Below are positions 12,608 to 26,000 of a stretch of DNA of 64,000 nt, in pieces. The stretch covers positions 141,112,001 to 141,176,000 of the forward strand of contig OZ024742.1 of NCBI GenBank assembly GCA_964016885.1, given 5' to 3'. Both the position numbers and the translations under genes were made by a program. The DNA is from Eledone cirrhosa. Lineage: Eukaryota. Within the stretch, counting starts at the first letter, position 1. Each line of letters starts with the position of its first letter. The notes beneath the pieces are model-generated. The model ran no database searches. It was given only the letters and a program-made list of their open reading frames with translations, and was not told the origin of the DNA.

Positions 12608-12709
12608 CAGTTATTGTATAACCATAGTTTGCAAGTTGTCCTGCCATATATTCCCCATCAGAATTGTTATGTGAACAGCCCCAAGTCTTCAAATAAATAT
12701 TTTGGGTTC
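12608..12709 (-). CDS. CDKAL1: CDKAL1 coding exon 2
   Basis: tgtag|GA acceptor, [33 protein letters not shown] (signature [16 protein letters not shown]), G|gttggt donor; 102 nt. Confidence 0.95.
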
Positions 12710-13972
12710 CTACACAAATGAAATATGAAAAAGAGATAAACATATTTGGGCATTTTGAATCATAGTTTTTCCAAAATAATAGAAACACATGTTTCAAATT
12801 TAGTTATAACTTCATATTTCTAATATAAGATACTACCTATGATTTTCAAATAATTTTGAAAATAATCGAGAATTTGAAGGGATTTATTAAATATAACTTT
12901 TTTGATTATTAAGTTGGTGTTTAGAGCATAACTTAAAGGTTATTACATAAAATTATGATGGAAGGTTTTAAATATAAACACTTTAAAACAAGCAGGAAAT
13001 AAATAGATCAATGTCTGTAAATAATTTGGATATTCAATTTAAAGTATCTAAATATGTAAGGGGCAAATTGACAGAGTTATTATTGCATTAGATAAAATGC
13101 CTTGTAGTATTTGTATCAGCTCCCTGCACTCAAATACCATCATAGTCAACTTTACCTTTCATCCCTTCTGTACAGATAAGTACTAGGATTAATTCTTCAA
13201 GCTGACTTTTTCTCTCTTTATCTTTCTTTCTAAAAGAAATCAGCTGTAGAGGAATGGGTTCTGCTAGATTTAAAATGTCCAAGACTTGCCATATATCATA
13301 ATGATGCCCCTATGACTCAATTGGGAGTTAAGGGGTCATGGAAAGAAATAACATGCTAACACTGAAACTTTTTCTAATTCCATAGTAAAAGCTATGGACA
13401 CTGCCCGTTCTTCCAGATCAACCAAATAAATTATCAGTTTGCTTCCACTTTTCCTCCATAGCAAAGATTTATCTTCATTTGTTAAATGTTAAATTGTGGA
13501 TGCAGCATGCCCGAATAATCAAGAATTTCGCATCACAATCATCAGTCCTTGTGTGGCATCTTGGGCAAGTGTCATTTACCATAGCCTTGGGTAAACCCAA
13601 ACCTTGTTAGTAAAATTGGGTAGATGGAAATTATTTGGAAGCTTGACAGGTTGACTGTCTGTATATTCAATAGGCCAGCCTTGTCACATACTGTGCCATA
13701 CTGAATCTCCATGAGAATTATGTCATGGGTAAATGTCTATGGAATGCTCAGTTTCTTGCACATTAACTTCATGAGTAGATTATTCTATTGATTGATTAAA
13801 CAACTAAAATACTCAATGTTGAAACAGATGGTGGTTCATTTTATTCTTTCCAAATTTTAAATAACAAAGAAAAATACAACAAAAATTTCCATGCACTATG
13901 ATAAAAAAAAATATACATATATATATATGAAAAAAAAAAGGAAATGGAAGAGAAAAAATATTATGTACTTAA

Positions 13973-14150
13973 CTGGTATTATACTGTCAGCTTGTACTGG
14001 AGTGGCTTCCTCATCCTTTTTCCGTTTGCGAACTCGAGGCATCACCATTTTTTGAGTAACATTAATTCTATTTGTAATTGGTTCTTCTGCATTAACAATA
14101 TCCTCAATATCAGCAATGTCAGATTCCCACTTAGCAGGCGACATTGTCAT
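13973..14150 (-). CDS. CDKAL1: CDKAL1 first coding exon
   Basis: MTMSPAKWESDIADIEDIV...MPRVRKR...ADSIIP matches the CDKAL1 N-terminus (DIEDIV, PKVR, DSTIPG). An acceptor just before 14155 implies an upstream non-coding exon. The donor is uncertain (see findings). Confidence 0.85.
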
Positions 14151-14904
14151 CAAATCTGAAATTCAGAAGCAATTAATCACTGAGAGAGACTATTATATAT
14201 ATATATATATATTTTATATTTTGCATAAATGAATCTTAGTTCTTTGAAGAATTAGTCTAAAATATTACAGATTAGAATATATTAGGCCTAAAAGTGGAGT
14301 TTTTGAATAAGTTATTTAGATTAAACCTCTTATCGTTACATCTTACATCCTCAAAATACAGACACTACATATTTCAAGAAAAAATCCACACAGAGCATTC
14401 CACCCCATCAAAACAATATTAACCCTTTCGTTTCCATGTTTAATGAAACACTCTATTTCAATTAATTGATGATGAAGTTTGAGAGATTTATCAAAATTAT
14501 TAACTGTTTCCTGACTAAGATTGTAACTCAACATATGGTTCTTATATAAAACTATGTTGGAAGATTTAAATAAGAACACTTTAATGTGGGTGGTTTTGTT
14601 TCATAGAACCAAAGACAGTTTTGGTTGGGTTGGTATAAAAAGGGTTCTTCCCAAATCCACATTTCATAAGATAGAGATTACATTTTTCGGGTACCGACTA
14701 GCTGCTAAGCCTCCATTAATTTACACCCTCCGAGGTTAACTTTGCCTTTCATCCTTACGGGGTCGATAAAATAAAGTACCAGTAATACACAGATGATTGC
14801 TGGCCTTGTGCCTAACGTAGAAACAATTAATTTACAAATACACTCTACATTAAAGTATTACTCACACACATAAATGTATATATATATATATATATAAATA
14901 ACAA

Positions 14905-15225
14905 GTGAAGGCGCGTGGCTTAGTGGTTAGAGCTCACAATCGTGCGGTGCGTTGTGTTTTCGAATAAAACACTTTATTTCATGTTGCTCCAGTTCACTCA
15001 GCTGTAGAAATAAGTTGCGACGTCAATGGTGCCACGCTGTATCGGCCATTGCCTTTCCTTTGGACAACATCGGTGGCATGGAGAGGGGAGACTGGTATGC
15101 ATGGGCGACTGCTTGTCTTATAAACACATCTTGCCTAGGCTTGTGCTCAGAGGGTAAACTTTCTAGGTGCAAAACCATGGTCATTTGGACCTAATTGGGT
15201 CTCTTTTTTAAAGATAACAACAAAG
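14905..15225 (+). mobile_element. tRNA-derived SINE (CORE-like body, different 3' part)
   Basis: GGCGCGTGGCTTAGTGGTTAGAG head and TTTATTTCATGTTGCTCCAGTTCACTCAGCTGTAGAAAT body shared with the 11350 family. Confidence 0.6.
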
Positions 15226-17914
15226 AAAAAACTCAGTTTCAAGGCAAGCTTTCATTCACCAAACCTCTACGCAATCGAGATAAATCTGCTCCATGTGTTT
15301 CTGCTCGATATCGTCAGTACAGTGGCCTTTGCACTCATTTCCTCTATCGTTACTCCACCGTGTTTCAACCTCTCAGATACTGTACTAAAAAGAAACAACA
15401 CTTTACCTAATCATTAATTATGTATCCTTCTGGAACTTCTTCCTACCTTACAATTCAAATTATTAACATTCATAACAATTCTGATTGAACATTAACCGAA
15501 CTAACCCCACACACTTTATCCGAATACTACTACTACAGCCAAATAGAGGCTTAAAACGACTGTAGGAGGTACTGCTCTCTTCTGCATACAATCGAATCGA
15601 AAGAAGTTTTTATGAAATGTAACTTAATCCTTATGTTTGTGTTTCCGGTTCAGTTGAAGAGAGGAGCGAAAATTTATAACTTCTAAACTTAACATTTGAA
15701 AGCAGCAGTTTAGGCAAACAATAAATATATACTCAAGTATAATATATCAACATTTAATTCGAAACGAAATATATATCCAAGTATAAATGTAGCAACACTT
15801 AATGGGGAAAAAAACCAAACAAAATATATATATATATATATAAGTTACAACAAAAAAGCAGTGTACGAAAAAGTGGCTGAATGTTTCAAGCTGTGGTATT
15901 GATTGCGACATGAATACTTGTATGTAATTAGTTGTCTATTAAAACACCATACACATTTAAGAGGAGTTACCGAGAGAGACGACACAATGCAAACGGCACA
16001 GGATATGTCAGCGACTGATCAAGTTATGGAAGTACAAAACTATATTCTTGTAAGTATATTTCCACAAAATACCTGGGAAGGTATTGTTTTTGTTCTTATT
16101 TCTTTCGGCACAAATGCTACATGAGGGAAGACAAATTCAAGATACTAAAAAAGCCATTTATGGTTTTCAACAATGAAGAGTTTATCGGTGTTATCGCAGA
16201 ACTTAACCCTTTATAAAAGAAACTTCTTTATTTCAATATATTGGCCATTTTGTGATCGATTTCATATTGATTCTTACATAGTCTTGGCTCTTCAGATTTA
16301 TAAAACACATAAGATTTTGAGATGTTCATGCCTCTCTCATGGGAGTTGATATTTTTTTAAAACCAAAAATCGAAACGAGGACCCCGCCCTAAGCTGGCCC
16401 AGAGCTCTGTGTATTTTATTTCCTTTTTATTGTTATTTATTCAATAGTTATAACTTTTTAAAAGTAAAAATATTCCATAACACACATTGCATTTTTAGTA
16501 AAACTTTATTGTTTTTAAGTTTCTTTTTACAACTTACCATATTTTGAATTTTTTTATTTGTCACGAGAATTAAACCACAATCAGTTTTTATTCATAAAGT
16601 ATTTGAAACAATACAGGGCAACTTTTATTTGTAAATGTTTTAAATGGATTAAATTTACTTGGCACTCACGTAGTTATGTGACATCAGATGCCATAAAACA
16701 TTAATCAGTCTAATTCATTTACACCACTACGGGACGATCAGTAAACCAGCCAGCCAACTTACATTCCAACGTACGCCTTCCCTGAATTCTAAGCGGGTGT
16801 TGGCTAGTCTCAATCTTGCTAATTGGATCTTAGCAACTTGTTGCTATGACTACAGAGTTTCTATCAAACTGAGATCTAAGTGCTATAAATATTAATTAGA
16901 TTTTATTACTAACACTATATATATATATATGCATTCATGTTTTTTAATACTAAGTATTGTTATTGTTATTTTTTTTTTATATCATATTGAAAAACACTAA
17001 ATTTCAATGTTTTATTTTCCTTATTTTTGCAAATGTCTTTTAAATAGCTATGGAAGTTATGGTATTCTACAAAATATTATTCTAATTTATTTGTATTATC
17101 GTTGTTGGGTGTTTTTAGGACATTGTTGGTATATCTCTAAATAACTTTTTAAAAAATTCCATCTGAGGTGTACTATCGTTTCATATTACTGAATTCCGCT
17201 GATTATGTAATTGCGGGGTAGCAACATTTCTATAAGCGTAAGAGGAGGAAGACTTTAAAAATGTTATTTTAATGTTATTTTATTTATGCTTGCCCTTCAA
17301 TCCTTTAAAGGTCAATAATATAGATATCAACACGATACTACACTCAACTTTATTAATTGTACACCCACTGAGATCCTGAAAGTACAATTAAAAAAGGATG
17401 CCATTAAAACTACAAATAGATGTATTTAATGTTTTTGCAGTATAACATATATCATTTGGATACAATTTAGCATAAATAGTATTGTTTGAGTCAATATAGC
17501 AGTGGCTTAAAAAAGAATTGTCCTTGTTTAGACGATGAAAATAGAAATTGTGTGTGTGAGTAACTCTGGCATGTTAATGAAATGAAATTTAAGTCGTGAA
17601 ACTAAATGGGCATACTACATTGTGTGCATTATGTATTCTTTCTTTTCTTCTGCTTACATTGTAGAAGGAACTTGGGAAACTCAAACAAAGTTTCCGACTA
17701 TGTCCGGTACTTTCCCATACTTTTAAAAAAAGTCACATGCGTTATTTCTTGTTTTGTCGCTTATGCAAAAACAAGCTAGTGAGAATCACCACTATATTGT
17801 TAAATAGAAATGTTATACTTAAAATAGAAAATTACTAATTATTATGAAGAATTAGTTTGTTTCTTTGAAAAATTTCATAACGTTCGTGTTTATATTGTAT
17901 TTCGAGGTAAACCT

Positions 17915-18350
17915 AATTATCATGTGGGCTCTGGCTCGAGTAAATATCTTAATTCTTGAGACAGCTGGATTGTCCAGGGTTGATGAGGAGAGGCCAGATT
18001 ATCTTACTCTTTACCCATGGGAGAGAGGTAGATCGCTCATTTAGGATGCCACATGCAGGGACTCTTGCTCCTTCCCACATCCTGGATGTTGCAGTAAAGA
18101 TGAGGGTCAATACTAGGAATTATCGGCAAACTATTTTCCCCAGCCAGTGTCGTTCGAGACGTTTTGGGAATCTGGTTCGCTAAGAAAGTTCTTGTCACTG
18201 GTGGCTCATCATAACCGTGGTATCAAGTGATACCTTAGCCCTGTTGGTTTGCTTCAACACTTATTAGAGGGAAATTCCAACGCCCATTGTTGTGGTGTAT
18301 GAATGAGTTTGGAGACTCCCTTCCAACACTTTTTCTTTTTTAGCACAATA
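17915..18350 (+). mobile_element. Degenerate 3' fragment of a CRE-type (RLE) non-LTR retrotransposon
   Basis: Translates as WALARVNILILETAGLSRVDEERPDYLTLYPWERGRSLI*DAT, homologous to the copy at 21635-23010. Confidence 0.65.
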
Positions 18351-18621
18351 TATATTTGCATAATCTTATTCATTTATTGGCACGTTTGAATCCTTTACAA
18401 AAAAAAAAGAAAAAAGTTTGTATTCCCTTTGGAGTTTATGAAGGTTCGCTATAGCTTTCATACTGTGAGTTCGTTTAATAGCATGTAATATTACTTGGCA
18501 TTTGTACAATGTTAATCGGCCATAACATTTAGTGTATTTTATCTCTGTCGCCATTATAAACCTGATCCAAGACCTTTATTGAAAGCTCGGTAAAGTATTC
18601 ATCCAAGTAATGCCGTATTCA

Positions 18622-19028
18622 TATATAGTACTTTAGATCAGGAAGCCATATTCAACTACCATAGCCCATCTCTCATCGAACCTCTAACCCTGTTAAATAG
18701 TACAGATTACTAGAGTATTGTGTGGAACAAGTTTGTAAAACTGACAACATTTATAATTGCCACACCCTCTCTTCGTGCATGGTTGATTATACACACCTGT
18801 ATAGATAAATTGCTGTGAGCTGAAACTAGAGAGGATAATAAAGAAATTCGTAGTGAGAGCAATGTCTCAATGTAAACAAAAATCTAAATTTGCTGGAAAA
18901 TCTATCTAAACTCATTGTAGTAAATATTTTTGGTACGTCAATTATTTTTTCATATTCTGACAGAAACCCCTGTGTTTTTAATGTATTACCTCGAAGCCAC
19001 AAAGCTAATTTTAGGCATAATTTTTTTT
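18622..19028 (+). repeat. ~410-bp direct repeat, copy 1
   Basis: TATATAGTACTTT.GATCAGGAAGC...TTTTAGGCATAATTTTTTT recurs at 21215-21634. Confidence 0.9.
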
Positions 19029-19249
19029 AGCCAAAACAAGAAAGACCTGGAAGGAATAAAGATATTATTCCCAGGAGTGATTGACACAGTCTCCAACAAT
19101 GCATTTTATACTAATAATTATGATTTCTTGCATTGGTACATGAGTACAAATTTTTTATTCACAGTTGTATAAATAACATTACCAATGCTTAGATAACATT
19201 ATAAATTGCTCGCGATTCTTTCAGAAAGATATATTCTTTTAATGTTACA

Positions 19250-19722
19250 ATATTAAAGAAAATGTAAAGGAAGGGGTGAACAACCGAGCCAACACCAGAA
19301 CAAAAGACAACAGCGAGGGGTACTGGGCAACCTCTCTAATGATTTTTGAGGCAAGCCAGCACACTCGCAGCGCTGGAACAACCAAGCGCCCTCGCAAGAT
19401 TCGCCAGTTACCTCTATTAGGCGAGCCGCCAGTGAAGAGAGGAACCTCGCAGTCAGCGGCCCGAAAATGTAGCTGGTCGACAGATCGCAGTATTTGAGAG
19501 TTTTACTCCGCTCGGCTGCGGAAGCTGTGGCTCTCGTCCTAACCGCAGCATCCAGGATGTGGGAAAGAGCCTAAGAGTCACCAACAGTGACGTCCCAGAC
19601 AAGGCACCTGCCTCTCGACCAGGAGCACAGGGTAAGGCCGTCAGGTCTTTTGCCGTCATTTCTGGACAACCCAGATGGTTCTAAGATTGAGGGGATGTTC
19701 GCCCGGGCCAAAGCTCTCTAGA
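19250..19722 (-). mobile_element. 3' fragment of a CRE-type (RLE) non-LTR retrotransposon
   Basis: Minus strand reads [45 protein letters not shown]...KY, a restriction-like endonuclease motif. Confidence 0.8.
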
Positions 19723-19915
19723 GAAAGGAAAAGTCAACCATAGTCAGATTTGAATGCTGAGGCTTATAACTAAACACCAATAACCTTCATTCTGACATTC
19801 CACCGTGAATCTTGTTTTTAAAGCCAGACATTAAAGACAAGATTCACTAGTTCTCAATGTTTTATTTGCCGATAACTATTGGAGTTATGTCCCTTGCTTA
19901 TTATATTCCTAGAGG

Positions 19916-20096
19916 TGGATTGGCAGTATCGGTAGAGTGTCAGACGCCATGCTTTCCAGCATAGTTACGTCCCTTAACGATCTGAGTTCAAATCCCGCCG
20001 AGGTTAACTTTGCCTTTCATCCTTACGGGGTCGATAAAATAAAATACCAGTAATGTACTGGGTATTTGCTGGCCTTGTGCCAAAAAGTAGAAACAA
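19916..20096 (+). mobile_element. tRNA-derived SINE (Meta-SINE-like core) with TSD
   Basis: A box TGGCAGTATCGG, B box GAGTTCAAATCC and core GCCTTTCATCCTTACGGGGTCGATAAAAT, flanked by the 15-bp direct repeat TTATATTCCTAGAGG. Many copies in the window (e.g. 39505, 48583). Confidence 0.85.
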
Positions 20097-21214
20097 TTAT
20101 ATTCCTAGAGGAGGATGTTTTGCTGGCTGCATGAAAAATCTGTTAATCGAAATTTTTTTATTTACTTTATTACGTATATCAAGCCCTACTAAATGTGTAT
20201 TCAATACTCGAAATCTCTCCTGGGATCAGCTTTATTGTTGACTTTCTTTTATATATTGCCATCTAGCTTTCGCACGTGGCTACACATTTTACATTGTTGT
20301 TTAGCCCCATGTCAACCCTGATTGAACCCTATGGCTTCGTGCCGGAACAGAAAAATGGGGCTTTTCAAAGTCTTCTGTCGGAATATAAAAAAAGAAATTG
20401 GTGTATCAAACATACTTGCTACAGCATCTGCGTGACTGTCTCGTCCTTTTTTTTTTTCACGCATTGCTTAGCGCGTAATATTGGTGAGCGTAAATGAAAA
20501 TAACTTAAACTTATACTTTTAGCTAGGAAAAAAGGTTTTAACCGAAATTGAAGGATTTCCCAGTGTTCTTCTTCTTATATCCTTGAAGGTTATTTCCAGT
20601 TTTAAGTAAATTACCTTTTTTTATGATTATCAGATGTTCTTCGCTGGTCACAATGCGCTTCCATTCCTACTTTGATTGTGCCCTTTTCTTTCATTTTTGG
20701 TTGACTCTTATTTTATTCTGCAAAACATTGAAACTGGAACTGACGTCTTTATACAGCCAAATACATTCCATAAACATACACACACATAAATTTATTTTGT
20801 GAGACTAATATTTATTTATTGTTGTGTACAAAGTGTGTATATAAACACACGCACATATTCAGTGTATACACATATTGTTCGACTATATACGTGTATAGAT
20901 TTAAGCATGTGTATTTTTATTAACACATATATACATATATAGTAAATATTTATATTTTGTTTAACAGAATTTGCAATTTTTTTTATTATCACCAAAAACC
21001 ATCATTATTACTTTTCGATGAATATAATGCTTACACAATGAACATGTAATCACACATAATATATACAATATGAATACTTTTTACACTAAGTGCGTCAATC
21101 GGTCACACCACAAGGGTCAACAGAAATTTTTTTAGTCAAGGCAACGCGCTCCAATCATTACCGCGGGTGATGGTGAGGCTAAGACGCTGAAACAACTGGG
21201 CACCCTCACGGGCT

Positions 21215-21634
21215 TATATAGTACTTTGGATCAGGAAGCTATATTCAACTACCATAGCCCACCTCTCAACGAATCATCAAACCCTGTTAATAGTACAGAT
21301 TACTAGATTATTGTGTGGAGTTATATAACATAACAAGTTTGTAAAACTGACAACGTTTATAATTGCCACACCCTCTCTTCGTGCATGGTTGATTATACAC
21401 ACCTGTATAGATAAATTGCTGTGAGCTGAAACTAGAAAGGATAATAAAGAAATTCGTAGTGAGAGCAATGTCTCAATGTAAGCAAAAATCTAAATTTGCT
21501 GGAAAATCTATCTAAAGTCATTGTAGTAAATACGTTTGGTACGTCAATTATTTTTTCATATTCTGACAGAAACCCCTGTGTTTTTAATGTATAACCTCGA
21601 AGGCACGAAGCTAATTTTAGGCATAATTTTTTTT
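21215..21634 (+). repeat. ~420-bp direct repeat, copy 2
   Basis: Matches 18622-19028 with scattered substitutions and a ~10-bp indel. Confidence 0.9.
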
Positions 21635-23010
21635 CGAGCTGCTAACGGAGTCCTTCAGATCACGTGGAGACGACGGTTGAGTTGGGTTGTAAGGGCCTTT
21701 ACGTCAACAGTTCCAAATGCGAGTTCTGGCACCTCAACCACCCAGTTTCACATCAGCAGACTAAACCTGTTCACAGAGCCCTTCCCCTTTATCGCAGTTC
21801 CTCCCTCATCAGCTTGGCCCTCTCTTGGAGCCCCAAAATTACTGATCAAGCCTTCAAGACCATCTTTCTATCTAAGTTGGCTAACCTTGAGGCTAAGGTT
21901 TTGTTTTATACTTTGGAATTATTCATCAATTCCTATGTTGCTGTATTTCCTCAGAGTTAGTCCCTCTTATAGATTCTCGTCGTCTCTCCAACGCTTTGGT
22001 GATTTAATCTTCAGTGAACTCGAAGGCCTGGTCAATGTCAGACTTTTTCCAGAGTCTTGTGACCAGGCTGCCTTGCCCAAACGGTTTGGATGTTTTGGTC
22101 TGCGTAAATGTACATCTTTGTCTCTACTTTGCTTTCTTTCCTCCATCCATGCTTGCTCCCCGTTAGTAGGAGGCATCCTCCCCTTTCAAACATGAACTAG
22201 TTCTACCAGGGAGATGGATGAAACTTTACTACAGTGAAGAGAGGTTGGTTTGTCAGTTCCTGAAACTGACGAGGATAGATGGGAGTAGAGCGTATGGAAC
22301 AATCTGTGTTTGAGCAACACCTTCAACTCTCTCTTTGATCAATCTGATCAATTTTCTGCAAGCGCAAAATTTTTGAGGGACTGGGTTAATGCCCTGCCTG
22401 TGACCAACATTGGTGGACTTCTCAGTCTGGACAAGTTCCACATCTTCATTGCACTCCGAGTGGGAACTGATGTCTGTTGTGGTCTGAGGTATCACTGTGG
22501 TATGCACCTTGACTTCACAGGTTCCCATAGTTTGTCTTGCTTGAATACTGGTTGCTTTGCCCATCACATCAAGTGGGCCCTAGCTTGGGCAAATAACCCC
22601 TCAGTTCTGGAGCCAGCTGGATTATCCAAAAGTGATGGGAAAAGACCAGATGGTTTTACACTTTGTCCCTGGGTAAGAGGCAGATGCCTCATCTGGGATG
22701 CCATAGTCAGTGACTCTTTGCTGCCTCATACATTATGGATGCCGCATTGAATGTGAGGGTCACTGCTTCTGTTGCCAAATAGAATAAAAACCCCAAAATA
22801 CTGGAAACTATCAAATAACTATTTTTCCCAGCCTGTGGCATTCGAGATGTGTGGTGGAGCTGGGCCACTGACAGCAAAGTTCTTGTCATTGTTAGCAGCT
22901 CACCTTACTGAGGTGTTGAGGGATGCTTGTGAGAATGCCTGGTTGTTTCAGTGCCTTACCCTGACATCACCCGTGGTAATGTTGCAAGCATGTTGATTTG
23001 TCTCAAAAAT
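21635..23010 (+). mobile_element. 5'-truncated CRE-type non-LTR retrotransposon (RT C-terminus, Zn knuckle, RLE)
   Basis: Frameshifted pieces GLYVNSSKCE, LGAP, QAALPKRFGCFGLR, HCG...GSHSLSC...HH and GKRPDGFTLCPWVRGRCLIWDA, followed by PVAFE. Confidence 0.85.
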
Positions 23011-26000
23011 TTCCATTTACCCATATGGTGTGTGACTGATTAATGCACTTGGTGGTGAATTGAATTGATGTTTTTTTTTTGCTTTTTCGTTTTTTCTCTA
23101 GCTTTGATCATATATTTTTGTGTTTATAAGGTTTCTAGCAATAATTAATTTTGTTTAACTATATTTATTTACATGTGTTGTGTAAAAGTTATACACACAC
23201 ACACACACACACACATTTATGGAATGTGTGTGTTTAATGATGTCAGTTCTGCTTAATTACTTACACTTTTTTTTAACTTCAAACCTTGACTACCTACGTT
23301 TACATAAGATTTTGTGTGAAAAGCTAACAATTAGGGGGAGGGGAAAATGGATCAAATCAACCCTAGTACTCAATTGGTTCTCTACTTTATTGACTTCAAA
23401 AAGATGAAAAACAAAGCTGACCTCAATGGGATTTAAACTTAGAATGCAAAAAGCCAGAACAAATCCTTTTGTCTCACACGCCAACGATTTTGCCAATCCA
23501 CTGCTGTCTGGTTGCTCTAATTTCACTTCACTGAGTAGAGCTGTCCAATTGACTTGCAGCGGACTGAGGCCTGTCTTTACGCATTGTTTTAACTTTTATA
23601 TGACTCCAACCTGCTTGTTGAGTGCCTATATAGGGCAGAGGTGAGAACTTGCTGTCCTCTGGGAAAAATACATTTGAAACTTATCTTTTTGACTAAATGT
23701 GTATTTTAGAAGCATCCATTTATATTGCAGTGCGCTGACATCTTGCATAGTCAATTGGTTTTTTAACTCACCGTCTTATTAAAAAAAAACCTGCATAAGC
23801 TCAAGATCCTCATAAAAAAGTGCCTATGTATGTCAATATTTTGAAGGAGGCTCAATGTCAGGGTTTTGGGCTGAGAAAACTCAGGGGAAGAATAATATTT
23901 TCCTACTGCATATGTTAAAAAGCATGTAAGATGCCGAACCAGTGTACTTTATATAAATATATATATCTATAGACTTGATTTGTTGCTCAGTTTAACATCA
24001 CCATCTAGCTATTGGGTAGCTTGTTTTTTTTATGGTTTAGTCTGGTAGGCAAAGCAGTGTCCATTGCTTTTTCCAGGGCCTTCAATACTTGGGGGATGGA
24101 GAGATACCTTTTACCCAGAGTCCTGATCCAAATGTTTGCGACAATAGATTCTGCTGAAGGGCTAGGTGGTGGTGTTAAACTAGGTGACTAGTAGGCCAGT
24201 GAGATTTAAACTCAAAATGCAAACAGCCAGCACAGATATTGTAATGTATTTTATCTGACACGAACAATTCTGCTAATCCAATGGCACTTTATTTTATCAA
24301 AACTGAAAGGATGAAAGGCAAAGTTGATCTTGGCAGGATTTCAACTCATTTTGTCCTATACTCTGACTGTGAATTCAAAGTATATGCTGATGCAAGCATT
24401 CAGGGCAGGTCTCAGGTTTGAGGTTACATTCCCTTTCTGACTAAAAGAAAGGAAAACCAGGACACCATGTGTCAGGTGGAGACCTTGACCTACCTAATTA
24501 TAATTCATGTCTGTAGTTACATAACTTAGTCTTTGTTGCTTCAGAAATATTTTAATAAAGCCAAATATATAAACACACATAAACACAACACACATTTTAC
24601 TGATCTATTATACAAATCTGAGCCTGATGTCTTCTATGAGAAACAAATATTTATTAGTGACAAATCCATGTGATTACTAGGAAATCTTTAAGTTCAATAT
24701 TATGTTTACCTTCCTTGTCTCTCACTCTTTTTCTCACCTATATGAATGTGACTCATTGTTTTTATGTCCTCTTTTTACACACTGGCATGATTTTTTTTTT
24801 TGCCTATCACAGTGTTATGGTATATCTATTCTAAAACTAGATTACTCATAGTGTGTACATATTTATTCATGATACAGGTAGGTGCTGATGTACTTATTGA
24901 CATGAACAAATTTTAAATAAATTGTAATTTGCCATCTAGTTGGAGCACCAATTATTCGTAACTTTCAAAGTAAAGGGAAAATAATTTCATGGAAAATTAT
25001 AATTTTAATGCTGAGGGGGGAAAAATCTTCTGATCTTTGTTAGCAGGTACAGTGATAGCTACAGATATGTTTGTCATAATATACCTCATCAGTGAATTAT
25101 ATTTTTCTCAACCCTACATTGATCATTGGACAGAAGTTTTTGCATGTAATTTACAACCCTGGCTGTTGTAGTACTGCAGTAATTAGTGTCCAGTCATCAA
25201 CCTCATATCATCATCCTTTTTCCATGGTTTCATGATTCGGAGGGGTCTTTTCCAGCACAACTTCCCTCCACCTACTGTATTCTTCCATTATCTCTTCTGT
25301 GAGGTCAGTGTTTTCAGATGATTTTCACTGCTTCTTCTCAGCTCTTCCTTGGTCTTGAGTTTGTGCCATACACCTTTTTATTTATATTTTAATAAGTAGT
25401 CTTCTACTACTATAGTTCAGCAGCTTGGAAACATAAAGTAAGTGAATTCCTAATGTGTCATTATGATGAGTTGTTGAGAAAGACAAAGTTAGTCAGTTTG
25501 ATCTTCATTCCAAGCCACAAGTAAGCTTTGTGTTTTAACCACTAGACCTAAATATATATGATGATGGTTTCAACAATAATCATTCTGTTGTTCAATTAAT
25601 TGAATGTCCAACTTATGAATTAACATGTAAGTGGCTGCATATTCCTCAGACGTGCACTCTTAATATAATTCACAAGCTGAATCAGTATGACACAATATGT
25701 GAGAAGGCTGGACTTTTGAATTACAGGTATAATTCACCTGATGGGCTTCTACACAATTTCTGTTTACTCAATTTCATTCACAAGGCTATTGTAAAGACAT
25801 TTGCCCAAGATGCCACTCTCTGAAATTGAATCTGGAACCTCATGATTACATAGGGAACTTTTTAACCACTCAGCCATGCCTTCATCTACTAAATATATAT
25901 GGATATGAATTTACTACTTATGTATATTTATTCATAATCCTTAGTAATATATTACCTGAAATCAAACTTGGCTCTATGATATAAAGCTGTTTATTTTTTA

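Noticed and set aside
19916-20000. tRNA genes suggested by A and B boxes
   Set aside because: No cloverleaf or terminator; the boxes continue into SINE bodies with TSDs.
21160-21200. Hammerhead ribozyme (GGTGATGG...GAAAC)
   Set aside because: The core CUGANGA is absent and no convincing stems are present.
21536-22195. 219-aa ORF as a host gene
   Set aside because: It is a chance fusion of a non-coding duplicated block and frameshifted CRE retrotransposon sequence.
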